From: Candidatus Latescibacterota bacterium
GTDB lineage: Bacteria; Latescibacterota; UBA2968; UBA8231
Assembly: GCA_965243025.1 (NCBI GenBank)
Contig: CBDETY010000003.1
Coordinates: forward strand, 6,176,001 to 6,240,000
Length of the DNA stretch: 64,000 nucleotides
Direction: 5' to 3'
Positions within the stretch are counted from its first letter, which is position 1, and the number at the start of each line of letters is the position of its first letter. This document shows positions 55,159-64,000 of the stretch, one piece after another. Below the pieces are notes generated by a model, which had not been told where the DNA came from, made no database searches, and was given only the letters and a program-made list of their open reading frames with translations. The position numbers were made by a program, and so were the translations under genes.

Positions 55159-56346
55159 ATGGAGACTCCTGATAAACAGGGGCCGCCTTTGCGGGTCCTC
55201 CACGTCATCACCAACCTGCACCTGGGCGGTGCCCAGATATCCGTAGTGGGCATATGCGAGGGCCTGCGAAAGTGTGGAATCGACGTGCAGGTTGCCTGCT
55301 CCCCGGTGGGCGCAGGCGGCAACCTCCTGCGTCGTCTCGGTGAAAGCCGAATCGCCATCCACGAGGTCCCGCAGATGACTCGGGAACCGGCGCCCTGGAA
55401 GGACCTTCGGGCTTTGCTCCGGCTGTGCCAGGTCATCCGCGACGTCCGCCCCGACGTGGTTCACACCCACCTGTCCAAGGCCGGTGTTCTGGGCCGACTG
55501 GCCGCCCGTATCGCTGGCGTGCCCCACGTCGTGCACAGCATCCGGACCTGGTCGTTCTACGCGCCCACCTCACGGCTGAAGAAGAGCATGTACGTGGCCG
55601 TGGAGTCACTGGCGAGCCGCCTCACCGACCGCTTCGTGGCGGTATCCCGGCAGCTGATCCGCGACGGCCTGGATTCCGGCCTGGGCCTGCGCGAGCGAAG
55701 TACCGTCATCCGGTCCGGGATCTGTCCGGGCCGCTTCCGGGGTGCTCTCGACGAAAGGGACCGGCGGCGGGGGGAGCTGGGCCTGGATGCCGATGCCGCC
55801 CTCGTCGGTACGGTCATGAGGCTGGAGCCGGCCAAAGCGCCCGGGGACTTCGTGCTCGCCTGTGCCCGCATCGCCGCCCAGGCACCGGCGACCCGATTCC
55901 TCCTGGTGGGAGACGGTTGCCTCCATGACGAGGTTTCGGCGGAACTGCGCAGCTGCGGGCTTGCGGACCGTGTCCAACGTCTGGGCGCCCGCGGAGACGT
56001 CGACCGCCTCCTGCCCCTGATGGACGTCTTTCTGCTGACCTCGCGGTGGGAAGGGATGCCCCGAGTGGTGATGGAGGCCGTGGCCGCCGGCGTGCCGGTC
56101 GTCTCGACCCGGGTCGGGGGGGTGCCCGAGCTCATCCAGCATGGCGTGTCCGGCCTGCTGGCACCCATTGGAGACGTCCAGTGCCTGGCCGCACACGTTT
56201 TGCGCCTGTTGGCGGATCCCGCCCTGGGACGCGATCTGGCCCGAGCTGCAAGCCAGCGGCTCGGCGAGGAGTACGACCTCGACCGGGTGGTCTTGGACCA
56301 CGTCCGGCTCTACGAACGGCTCGCCGCCCCCGGTGCGTCCCGATGA
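55159..56346 (+). CDS. GT4 family glycosyltransferase
   Basis: RVLHVIT.L.LGGAQ; PDVVHTH.SKAG; LVGDG; TSRWEG.P.V.MEA.AAG.PVV. Confidence 0.93.
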   Translation: METPDKQGPPLRVLHVITNLHLGGAQISVVGICEGLRKCGIDVQVACSPVGAGGNLLRRLGESRIAIHEVPQMTREPAPWKDLRALLRLCQVIRDVRPDVVHTHLSKAGVLGRLAARIAGVPHVVHSIRTWSFYAPTSRLKKSMYVAVESLASRLTDRFVAVSRQLIRDGLDSGLGLRERSTVIRSGICPGRFRGALDERDRRRGELGLDADAALVGTVMRLEPAKAPGDFVLACARIAAQAPATRFLLVGDGCLHDEVSAELRSCGLADRVQRLGARGDVDRLLPLMDVFLLTSRWEGMPRVVMEAVAAGVPVVSTRVGGVPELIQHGVSGLLAPIGDVQCLAAHVLRLLADPALGRDLARAASQRLGEEYDLDRVVLDHVRLYERLAAPGASR

Positions 56347-57176
56347 CGGCACAGCGTCTTGTAGCCGTTACCGGCGGCCTGGGTTTCATCGGCTCGGCGG
56401 TGATGCGTGAGCTCGAGGCGCGCGGGTACCGCGCCTTCCCCATCGACCGGGCAGCGGGAGGAGACCTGCTGCGGGATGATCTGCCGGCGCTTCTGGGGGA
56501 TTGCTGCGCGGTGATTCACCTGGCGGGGATTCTGGGCACGGCGGAGCTTTTCCAGTCCGTCGACGAGGCGATCGATACCAACATCAAGGGAACGGTCCGC
56601 GTCCTCGAAGCTTGCCAGGCCAAGGGCTTTGCCTACGTCGGGATCACCCTGCCCGAGCATTGGGACAACGTCTATTCGGCGACGAAAAAGTGCGCCAGAC
56701 AACTCGCCTCTGCCTGGCACCGTCACTGCGGCGTGCGCGTGAGCCACGTGCGCGCTTTCAATGTCTTCGGACCGGGTCAGAAGACCACGGGGGTCCAGAA
56801 GATCATACCGACCTTTGCCGAATGCGCCTGGCGCGGCCAGCCTTTGCCCATCTGGGGGGACGGCACGCAACGGGTGGATCTAGTCCACGTCGAAGACGTA
56901 GCCCGCATGATGGCCGACGCCCTCCGCTTCGGCGACAACGAGCTCTTCGACGCGGCTACCGGCCAGCTGTTCACCGTCAACGAGGTGGCGCGGATGGTGC
57001 TGGAAATCACCGGCTCCCGTTCTCCTCTCGAGTACTTGCCGATGCGAAAAGGGGAGCACGCCGTCCGGGAGGTGGAAAACACCGGCGCCGGATGGGACCT
57101 GCTGCCGTGGCGGCCCCGCTTCGATTTCGAGCGCCTGCGCGGCACGGTGGAGTCCTACCGACCCACCGGCCGATAG
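56343..57176 (+). CDS. NAD-dependent nucleotide-sugar epimerase/dehydratase
   Basis: VTGGLGFIGS; YSATK; NVFGPGQ; GDGTQ..D.VHVEDVA; ATGA overlap. Confidence 0.9.
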   Translation: MTAQRLVAVTGGLGFIGSAVMRELEARGYRAFPIDRAAGGDLLRDDLPALLGDCCAVIHLAGILGTAELFQSVDEAIDTNIKGTVRVLEACQAKGFAYVGITLPEHWDNVYSATKKCARQLASAWHRHCGVRVSHVRAFNVFGPGQKTTGVQKIIPTFAECAWRGQPLPIWGDGTQRVDLVHVEDVARMMADALRFGDNELFDAATGQLFTVNEVARMVLEITGSRSPLEYLPMRKGEHAVREVENTGAGWDLLPWRPRFDFERLRGTVESYRPTGR

Positions 57177-57185
57177 GAACCGTTC

Positions 57186-57860
57186 GTGGCCGCAGCGAGT
57201 TCGGATGGCCTTGGAGCCTGGGCGGGTCAGAAGATCCTGGTCGCCGTCGCCCATCCCGACGATGAGGCGATCGCGTGCGGGGGTACAATCGCCAGGGCGG
57301 CGGCCCTCGGGTGCCAGTGCCGGGTCCTGTTGCCGTTTCGCCGTTGCGATCCCCGCGGCCGGAGAAACTGGCAGGCCCTGATCGGCGCTTTCGAGCGCTC
57401 CTGCGATACCCTGGGCGCGGTGCCCGTCCTCCCCGCGCACCTGATTGACGAGCGCCGGGCCGAGACCGACCTCGCCGAAGTGCACGACCTGATTGTCCCC
57501 GAGGTCGAGTGGGCCGACCGGGTCCTCACTCACTGGTGGGGAGACGCCAACCAGGTCCATCGCGGGCTCTCCCGCGCCGTGGAAGTGGCCACCCGGCCCT
57601 TCCGGAGGCGCCGGGACGTCCTGCTTTTCGAAGTGGCCACCTCGACAGACCAGGTGTTCTCGAATGCTTTCACGCCGAATGCGTTCGTTCTGCTGAAGGC
57701 CGCCCATGTCGAGGCCAAGTGCGCGGCCATGGAACAGTACAGCACCGAGTTCGAGCCGGGGCGCCTGCCCGACGACCTGCGCCTCAAGGCCCGGGTCCGG
57801 GGAGCCGAGGCCGGGACCGAGTATGCCGAAGCGTTCGCTATGGCCCGGACGTTCCTGTGA
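57186..57860 (+). CDS. PIG-L/LmbE family deacetylase
   Basis: VAVAHPDDE...GGTIA; K..AM..Y..E; AEAF. Confidence 0.88.
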   Translation: MAAASSDGLGAWAGQKILVAVAHPDDEAIACGGTIARAAALGCQCRVLLPFRRCDPRGRRNWQALIGAFERSCDTLGAVPVLPAHLIDERRAETDLAEVHDLIVPEVEWADRVLTHWWGDANQVHRGLSRAVEVATRPFRRRRDVLLFEVATSTDQVFSNAFTPNAFVLLKAAHVEAKCAAMEQYSTEFEPGRLPDDLRLKARVRGAEAGTEYAEAFAMARTFL

Positions 57861-58498
57861 CGGTTCCCGGGCCGGGACGATGGGCCCTGTTCTGGAAGCG
57901 CGCCCTCGATCTCCTCATCGCCGTTCCCCTGCTGCTGCTGGCCGCGCCTCTCCTGCTCCTGGTGTCGGTACCCGTGTGGTTGCTCGACCGCGGCCCCGTC
58001 CTGTTCCGCCAGCAGCGGGAGGGCCTTCAAGGCCGTCGCTTCACCCTGTGGAAGCTGCGCACCATGTACCGGCGAGCCGACGATATCCTCGAATCCTGCC
58101 TTGGACGTCACCCGGAGGCGCAAGCCGAGTGGCAGGCTTACTGCCGACTGCGCGATGACCCTCGAGTTTTGCCGCTCGTCGGCCGCCTCGCCCGCCGCTT
58201 CAGCATCGACGAGCTGCCGCAGCTCTGGAATGTCATCGAGGGCAGCATGAGCCTGGTCGGTCCGCGGCCGGTCGCCGTGGACCACCTCCCCTACCTGCGG
58301 CCCCGGTATCGCCGCCTCCGCGCTCGCGTGAAGCCGGGCCTTACCGGCCTGTGGCAGGTCTCGGGCCGAAGCGACCTGGAGCTGGCGAGAATGGAAGGGA
58401 TGGACGCTTTGTACGTGCGGCGCTTCTCCTTCCGGCTCGACCTGTGGATCCTGTGGCGGACGGTTCCGGCGGTTCTGTCAGGCCGCGGCGCCTATTGA
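57857..58498 (+). CDS. Priming phosphoglycosyl transferase (Bac_transf)
   Basis: KRALD; K.RTM; DDPRV; [20 protein letters not shown]; [13 protein letters not shown]. Confidence 0.95.
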   Translation: MTVPGPGRWALFWKRALDLLIAVPLLLLAAPLLLLVSVPVWLLDRGPVLFRQQREGLQGRRFTLWKLRTMYRRADDILESCLGRHPEAQAEWQAYCRLRDDPRVLPLVGRLARRFSIDELPQLWNVIEGSMSLVGPRPVAVDHLPYLRPRYRRLRARVKPGLTGLWQVSGRSDLELARMEGMDALYVRRFSFRLDLWILWRTVPAVLSGRGAY

Positions 58499-58811
58499 AT
58501 CCGGGTCTTCGCAAGGCCGGTGCGGCCGGACGGTGGGAGCTGGCGCGCCGTCAGCGGAACGAGGAGACGTAACCGAACCCGGGCGGACGATGGAGGAGCG
58601 TCCGCAGGATGCTGCGGGAACAGAAGTACGGTGATTCATCTCGAGAATCCATACCGGGTCTACCACCCTTTGTCTGTGACCGTCCAAATGGACCACGCAT
58701 GATCGCCCTGCCATTCCGCGATTCCACCCGCCGCCATTCCGGCGTTCAACACGGTTCTCATCCTCTTGCAAGGAATCGGGTAGCCGTCCAGACAGGACGC
58801 GGGGAAACGGG

Positions 58812-60287
58812 ATGACCCCGGCCCGGGCGCAGCATTGGTTCGAACCCGGCGACAGCCGGTTGATCGGGGCGGCCTGCGCGCTCATCTGCGCCGTCGTTGT
58901 GGGGCCGGTATTCTGGTTTGCCCATTTAGCCCCGCTGTTCGCCACGGCCCTGCTGACGGCGGGTGTCATGCTGTTCTCGGTCAGGCGCGCGCTGGTCGTC
59001 CTTCTCGTGGCGACCGCGGTGACCCCGGGGCCGGTGCTGGAGTTTCTGCGCATTCCCCTCGGGTTCAAGCCGACCGAGGTGCTGTTGATGGCCACCCTGC
59101 TGTTTCTGGCGATCGACGTCGTATGGGCGCGCCGCCTGCGGGTGGCGACCACCGGCGTCGACGGTCTCGTCGCCGCCTTCCTTGCCGTCGCCCTGTTTTC
59201 CGGCCTGCTCGGGGCGTACTACGGCAACGAGAACGGGACCATCCTCCGCAATCTCCGCTACCCGCTCTACTACGTCGCCTTCTTCGCCGCCACCCAGGCG
59301 TTCTCCCCCCGGGACGGGGCGCGCCTGATCGCACCGATCCTCATGCTCGTCGGTCCGGTGGTGGGAATGACCTACATCTTCGAGTTCCTCGGCGCCATCG
59401 ACCTGTCGACCGGGAAACGCTTCTTCCGCGTCATGGGGCCGCAGGGAGTGGTATTGCCGGTGGCCATGCTGGTAATCGCAAACCTCCTGATTCACGACCC
59501 GCGGCGTTTCGGGCGCCTGCTGCCGGCCCTGGCGTTTTTGCCCACCGGGCTGGCGTTCGTTCTGACCGTGGGCCGGGGAATGTGGGTCGCCTTCGCGGTC
59601 GGCTTGGCAGCGACTTTGTGGATCAGTCACCGCAGCCGGCCCCGCGGGGCCCGCCAGGCCTGGGGGGCCGCAGTTCCCGCCGCGGCGGTGGTGGCCGTTC
59701 TCCTGGCATCGGTGCTGGTTTTCCAGCGCTTCACCGGGGCCGCGGTCAGCGCCCACGCCCTCGAACGCTCGCGCACCTTCGTCGACGTCAGCCGCGACGT
59801 GCAGGTGTTGGGGCGCCTCATGGGCTATTCCGAGGTGCTGCAAGCGATTGCCGAGCGCCCGGTTTTCGGAAGCGGCCAGGGCAGGATTCTCAAGCTTTTC
59901 GCCTTCGATCCGGAAGAGGGCCGCTTCGAGACCTGGGAGGCCTGGACCGTGGACAGCCTGTATTTGACCCTTTGGCTGAAGATGGGTCTGCCCGGACTGA
60001 TCCTCTTTGCGCTGTTGTATCTGAAGCTGTTGCGCATTTCATGGGGGCAGAGTCACGCTGCGAGCCCTCCGGACCGGCGCGCCTTCGCGGCAGGGGCCTT
60101 CAGCGTTATGGTGGCGATGGGGGTTCTGGGCATCTCCGACGGCTCGATGATCAACGGCCGCTTCGCGGTCCTGTTCGCGATTCTGTTCGCCGCGGTGGCG
60201 CGCGGCGCAACGGACCCTTCCCCCGCAACCGATCAGCGCATTGCATCTTCTCGAGGGGTGGTCCCGGCGAAGCGGAGAGTTCCTTGA
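58812..60287 (+). CDS. O-antigen ligase / Wzy_C family membrane protein
   Basis: Multiple TM; LT.GRG.W; R........I.E.PVFG.G.G; DSLYL....K.GLPG. Confidence 0.8.
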   Translation: MTPARAQHWFEPGDSRLIGAACALICAVVVGPVFWFAHLAPLFATALLTAGVMLFSVRRALVVLLVATAVTPGPVLEFLRIPLGFKPTEVLLMATLLFLAIDVVWARRLRVATTGVDGLVAAFLAVALFSGLLGAYYGNENGTILRNLRYPLYYVAFFAATQAFSPRDGARLIAPILMLVGPVVGMTYIFEFLGAIDLSTGKRFFRVMGPQGVVLPVAMLVIANLLIHDPRRFGRLLPALAFLPTGLAFVLTVGRGMWVAFAVGLAATLWISHRSRPRGARQAWGAAVPAAAVVAVLLASVLVFQRFTGAAVSAHALERSRTFVDVSRDVQVLGRLMGYSEVLQAIAERPVFGSGQGRILKLFAFDPEEGRFETWEAWTVDSLYLTLWLKMGLPGLILFALLYLKLLRISWGQSHAASPPDRRAFAAGAFSVMVAMGVLGISDGSMINGRFAVLFAILFAAVARGATDPSPATDQRIASSRGVVPAKRRVP

Positions 60288-60342
60288 ATCGCCGGGGTGA
60301 TGGAGACTACCGGGGGTTCCCCGGCCCGCACCGCTCAACACA

Positions 60343-61893
60343 GTGAACGAGATCCGGGAAAAAGCCCTCTCCCTGGCCACCGCCATCGTGCTTGGCCTGC
60401 TGTTATTGTATCAGCACCGGAACTTTTTTCACGACGACGCCTACATCACCCTGCGCTACGTCCAGCAGTTTCTCGGGGGAAACGGAATTGTCTGGAATAC
60501 CGGGGAACGGGTCGAAGGCTATACGAATTTCCTCTTCCTCCTGCTGGTCAGCCTCACCGGGAGCACAGGGTGGGATCTGGTTCTGGCCACGAGGTTGGTC
60601 AACGTCACTGCGCTGGTTCTCACCGCCCTCGCAGTGGCGTGTATCGCTGGACACCGCGGCTGGCTCTTTGGACTGCCAGCTGCCTTCGTCCTGGGCTCGG
60701 CCCCCCTCGTCATCTGGTCCATGGGAGGCATGGAAGCCCCCTTCTTCGGGCTGCTGGGCACAGCCGGCGCAGGCATGTTTCTGCGGGCGCGGGAATCAGG
60801 ATTTGACCTGCGGCCCCTTGGCTTGAGCGCACTCATCCTGGCGCTTGCGGTTCTGGCCCGGCCGGACGGTCTCATCTTCGTGGTGGTGAGCGTGGCCTTT
60901 CTGCTCCATTGCCGGCGGACATGGAAGCAGGTGCTGCTTTTCCTGGGGGTTATCACCCTGGTTCTGGTCCCTTACCTCGTGTGGAAATGGGGATACTACG
61001 GGAGCCTGCTCCCCAACACGTTTTATGCCAAGAGCGCCGGGACCCTGGAAATCGAGCGGATGTGGTACGCCTCCAAGTATCTGGCTAATCATGCGAAAAA
61101 GCCTCCGTTTCTCTTTCTGTGGGTCCTGGTGGCCCTGGGGCATCTGTGGCGCAGGAAGGCATTGAACAGTGGCCATGCATACTTGCTATCCATGGCCGGG
61201 GCGTATATCGCTTACGTGATCTGGGTCGGGGCCGATCACATGCCCGGACACCGGTTTATTGCGCCTGTAATTCCCCTTCTGGCGGCCTTTGTTTTTCGCG
61301 CCATACCCCCGGCCCCGGGTCTTCTGGAGGCATGGAAGCTCTTGGCCCTTCACAGTTTGAGCGCCGTTCTCCTTGCGTTTCAGATCCCTGCGTTGGAGGA
61401 GCGCACGAAAAAGCCCGATCCAGCAGCCTTTGTCGGCCGGATCATAGGCGGTTACATCGCAGAGAACTGGCCTCCCGGCTCCAGCGTGGCACTCAACACC
61501 GCGGGTTCGATCCCGTATTACAGTTCGGGGAACACCTACATTGACATGCTGGGGCTCAACGACCGGCAGATCGCTCGGAGACCTGTCGAGGACCGGGGAC
61601 TGCCCTGGCAGAAAATCCAGGGGCATCGCAAGGGGGATGGAGCCTACGTCCTTTCACGCGAGCCGGACTACATCATTGCAGGTCCTGCCCAGGGCACATC
61701 GATAGATCAGCCCTACTTCCTCTCCGACCTGGAAATGGCTGAAGACCCTCGCTTCGAGAGGATGTACGCCAGGGAGCAGATCCAGATCGATGTCCGCCGG
61801 TTCGCAGGATACCGACACTATCTGGCAACCCGGACCGGGGGTCTGGAATTCACCTACTACAGGCGGCGGGTGAAGGACGCTCCGACGGAATGA
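60343..61893 (+). CDS. GT-C fold membrane glycosyltransferase (AftB-like)
   Basis: DDAYITLRY; WN.GERVEGYTNFL; GME; RPDG; YYG.LLPNTFYAK; IDMLGLND. Confidence 0.8.
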   Translation: MNEIREKALSLATAIVLGLLLLYQHRNFFHDDAYITLRYVQQFLGGNGIVWNTGERVEGYTNFLFLLLVSLTGSTGWDLVLATRLVNVTALVLTALAVACIAGHRGWLFGLPAAFVLGSAPLVIWSMGGMEAPFFGLLGTAGAGMFLRARESGFDLRPLGLSALILALAVLARPDGLIFVVVSVAFLLHCRRTWKQVLLFLGVITLVLVPYLVWKWGYYGSLLPNTFYAKSAGTLEIERMWYASKYLANHAKKPPFLFLWVLVALGHLWRRKALNSGHAYLLSMAGAYIAYVIWVGADHMPGHRFIAPVIPLLAAFVFRAIPPAPGLLEAWKLLALHSLSAVLLAFQIPALEERTKKPDPAAFVGRIIGGYIAENWPPGSSVALNTAGSIPYYSSGNTYIDMLGLNDRQIARRPVEDRGLPWQKIQGHRKGDGAYVLSREPDYIIAGPAQGTSIDQPYFLSDLEMAEDPRFERMYAREQIQIDVRRFAGYRHYLATRTGGLEFTYYRRRVKDAPTE

Positions 61894-62140
61894 GGGTGGA
61901 GGCAAATCGCCGGGAAACGCCGGGAACGTGCCAAGGGGGAGGAGGGGAACCCCGGTTTATTTCGGAGTCCACGTATGGCGCCAGGGCCAGCGGCTGCCAT
62001 GGGGTCGCGGACCGCGCCGCTGGTTCCGGGGGGCGGCGGGGTACACACCAGACAACGGTACTGGTGCGACAACAGTAGGGAAAACCGCAATTGAGCAACC
62101 TGTATCAATCGATAAAAAACAACAGGTTGCGTTAGTTTCA

Positions 62141-62217
62141 TGGTGGGCGATACCGGAATCGAACCAGTGACCTCCTGCATGTCAAGCAGGCACTCTAACC
62201 AGCTGAGCTAATCGCCC
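62141..62217 (-). tRNA. tRNA-Val(GAC)
   Basis: GGGCGATTAGCTCAGCTGGTTAGAGTG CCTGC-TTGACAT-GCAGG ...TCGCCCACCA; 77 nt. Confidence 0.97.
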
Positions 62218-62225
62218 CTGGTTTC

Positions 62226-62254
62226 AAGCTAGAGCTGCCCGCAGGCATGGTCAA
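62226..62254 (-). promoter_or_regulatory. Promoter for tRNA-Val(GAC): TTGACC-N17-TAGCTT
   Basis: -10 ends 8 nt before the tRNA 5' end. Confidence 0.65.
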
Positions 62255-62463
62255 GAGCGGGCGGCCCGGATGCATGGAAGCTCCAGGAGGCCGGGACGTC
62301 TCCGTGGCGTTCCTCCTCAATCCCAAAGAGCGCGATAAGACGGCTCATCAGATCCTCCGCGCGCAGGTCATACAGAAGAAGAACGGGTCGGTCCGGAAGG
62401 ATCCGGGAATCCCGTGATCAGATGGCCGCGTATGTGGTGCGCTTCCCTGCACTCCGGGGGGAT

Positions 62464-63612
62464 TCAGAAGTAGCTCATCAGGATTTCCCACAGCGACATG
62501 CGCTGCACCGTCTTTTGCGCTACCAGGTCGACGGCGGCCAGCAGGGTCTCGCCGGTCGTCACCCTGAGAGTGCCGAGGGAGTCCCCCGCCGCGACCGGGG
62601 CGGTTCGCTCGGAGTCGATCTCGACCTCCCTGCGAATGCCTCGGACCTCCTCGTTGCCGAGAACCGCCACAACCGAGTCGGTGGCCACCGCGGCGACTTC
62701 CGGTTCGACGCCCCAATCGAGGGTGACCGCGGCAACGGGGTCTCCGGAACTGACGATCGCCACCCTGGAATAGTGGTTGAACCCCCAGTCGAGGATGCGC
62801 CGGGTCTCGCGGTAGCGGGCTCTCTCGCTCCGGGAACCAAGAACCACCGAGATGAGACGCATTTTGCGGCGCTCCGCCGTGGCCACGAGACAGTAACCGG
62901 CACGCTTGGTGTACCCGGTCTTGAGTCCGTCGAGGCCGCGGAATTTCCCCAGCAGCCTGTTGGTCGCCCGGAGGATGAAGGTCCCGTTGCGGAACGGCTT
63001 CTGGCGGATCGTGGACCACTCCATGATGTCGTCGTAGGCGACAATCTCCCTGCTGACCTTTGCGAGGTCCGCCGCAGTGGTGGTGTTGCCCTTCGTGGGC
63101 GGAGTATTGTCGAGTCCGTGCACATTGACGCAACGCGTCCCCTCCAACCCCAGAACGGCGGCCTTGCTGTTCATCAGGTCGACGAAGCCCTGCTCGGTGC
63201 CGCCGATGTGCTCGGCGACCGCCACGCAGGCGTCGTTGGCGGAGGCGATGACGATCGTCTCCATCAGCTCTCCAAGGGTGAACACCTCCCCTTCCTTGAG
63301 GTACACCTGCGAACCCCCGGTGCGGCTCGCCTCGGCGGAGATGTGGACCGAGTCCGAGAGGGCGACGCGGCCGTCGGCGACAGCCTCCATGACCAGGAGC
63401 TGCAGCAGCAGCTTGAGAGTGCTGGCAGGTGAGCGCGGAGCGCTGCCGTGGTGCTCGAACAGGACCTTGCCGGTTTCGGCCTCGACGAGAATGGCCGAGG
63501 CGAAAGGAGGCCCCCCTTCCCAGCTGGGGGGAACGAGGCCCGGCGCCGGTTGCGGCAGCACAGAGCCGCCCAGGGCGCCGAGCAGACATACTGCAACCAG
63601 GCGTACGGACAT
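62464..63612 (-). CDS. D-alanyl-D-alanine carboxypeptidase (peptidase S11, PBP5/6-like)
   Basis: PASTLK (SxxK), SAN (SxN), GLKTGYT (KTG); start MSVR after GAGGA. Confidence 0.95.
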   Translation of the reverse strand: MSVRLVAVCLLGALGGSVLPQPAPGLVPPSWEGGPPFASAILVEAETGKVLFEHHGSAPRSPASTLKLLLQLLVMEAVADGRVALSDSVHISAEASRTGGSQVYLKEGEVFTLGELMETIVIASANDACVAVAEHIGGTEQGFVDLMNSKAAVLGLEGTRCVNVHGLDNTPPTKGNTTTAADLAKVSREIVAYDDIMEWSTIRQKPFRNGTFILRATNRLLGKFRGLDGLKTGYTKRAGYCLVATAERRKMRLISVVLGSRSERARYRETRRILDWGFNHYSRVAIVSSGDPVAAVTLDWGVEPEVAAVATDSVVAVLGNEEVRGIRREVEIDSERTAPVAAGDSLGTLRVTTGETLLAAVDLVAQKTVQRMSLWEILMSYF

Positions 63613-63723
63613 GAATCCTCGAACAGTTGTCGGGGTGAAGCCGGGGGGAGAACCGCTGGGGGAATGAGCCAAAGATAAAAGCGTGGTCCCGGTGAGAAAA
63701 GGCACCGGCGCGGAACCGGTTTC

Positions 63724-63751
63724 TTGACCGCCGTCAGGCTGGGGTTAGTTT
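63724..63751 (+). promoter_or_regulatory. Promoter TTGACC-N16-TAGTTT
   Basis: Same hexamers and spacing as the tRNA-Ile2 promoter; 35 nt before ATG 63787. Confidence 0.55.
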
Positions 63752-63786
63752 GAGAAAAAATCCCTCGAAAGTAGAAGGTGATTCCG

Positions 63787-64000
63787 ATGCCGGAAGGCTC
63801 CGCACAGCTGCTGACCTACCGGGGTGAGGCCATCGATTCCGCCCTCCTCGGCGAGCTGCATGACGCCTCGAGCGCCCTCGGCGACAGGGAGGCCCTGCGC
63901 AGGGGCATGGCGCGGGACGGCTACCTCTACCTTCCGGGGTTCCTCGACCGGGAGGAGGTCATGGCGGCGAGGATGTCGGTGCTGTCCAGGCTCTCCGCCA
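63787..64000 (+). CDS. Phytanoyl-CoA dioxygenase (PhyH) family protein, N-terminus (runs off window)
   Basis: Hand translation MPEGSAQLLTYRGE...ALRRGMARDGYLYLPGFLDREEVMAAR. Confidence 0.7.
   Translation, partial: MPEGSAQLLTYRGEAIDSALLGELHDASSALGDREALRRGMARDGYLYLPGFLDREEVMAARMSVLSRLSA

Noticed and set aside
58499-58811. Small ORFs or ncRNA in the 313-bp gap
   Set aside because: No convincing RBS, motif or structure recognised.
37278-62153. Identical TGGTGGGCGATAC at both tRNA-Val 3' ends as attL/attR of a 25-kb island
   Set aside because: Both are complete tRNAs with different anticodons, and the interval holds core genes (dnaG, rho, prfA, recA) and no integrase.
1-64000. CRISPR arrays, IS elements, prophage, rRNA, riboswitches
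   Set aside because: No regularly spaced repeats, transposase/integrase/phage motifs or recognisable Rfam consensus found by eye.

Overview
GC-rich bacterial chromosomal window with no CRISPR array, transposase, integrase or rRNA. Gene content (PorV-like, FlgD-CTD, dockerin-like, DUF6785, FGE-fold and PhyH proteins) suggests a diderm of the FCB / Latescibacterota-like type; this is inference. (1) Positions 1-26001 are one tightly packed + strand cluster of 17 genes that runs off the left edge. It encodes two paralogous large outer-membrane proteins, three lipoproteins (two of them paralogous), a discoidin/FlgD-CTD protein, a PorV-like barrel, a 1088-aa membrane-anchored TPR protein, ExbB plus two ExbD (one lacks the essential Asp), a degenerate parvulin, an OPT-like transporter, an FGE-fold lipoprotein, a 1539-aa pseudo-M28/FtsX permease and a TonB-like DUF4159 protein. 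A convergent block (26011-33755) carries a membrane/spermidine-synthase fusion, two DUF6785 OPT-like proteins and a CBM9-like protein. Together these are the best candidate for an undescribed proton-motive-force-driven trans-envelope system. (2) A sugar ABC unit without ATPase, tRNA-Val(CAC), a class III aminotransferase, tRNA-Ile2(CAT) and dnaG. (3) A dockerin-tailed surface protein, then rho-rpmE2-DUF1385-prfA-prmC, recA with a candidate LexA operator, and hpt. (4) A glycosylation cluster containing a decayed FGE gene, then tRNA-Val(GAC), a DD-carboxypeptidase and a partial PhyH gene. All family calls come from motifs recognised by eye; no searches were run.
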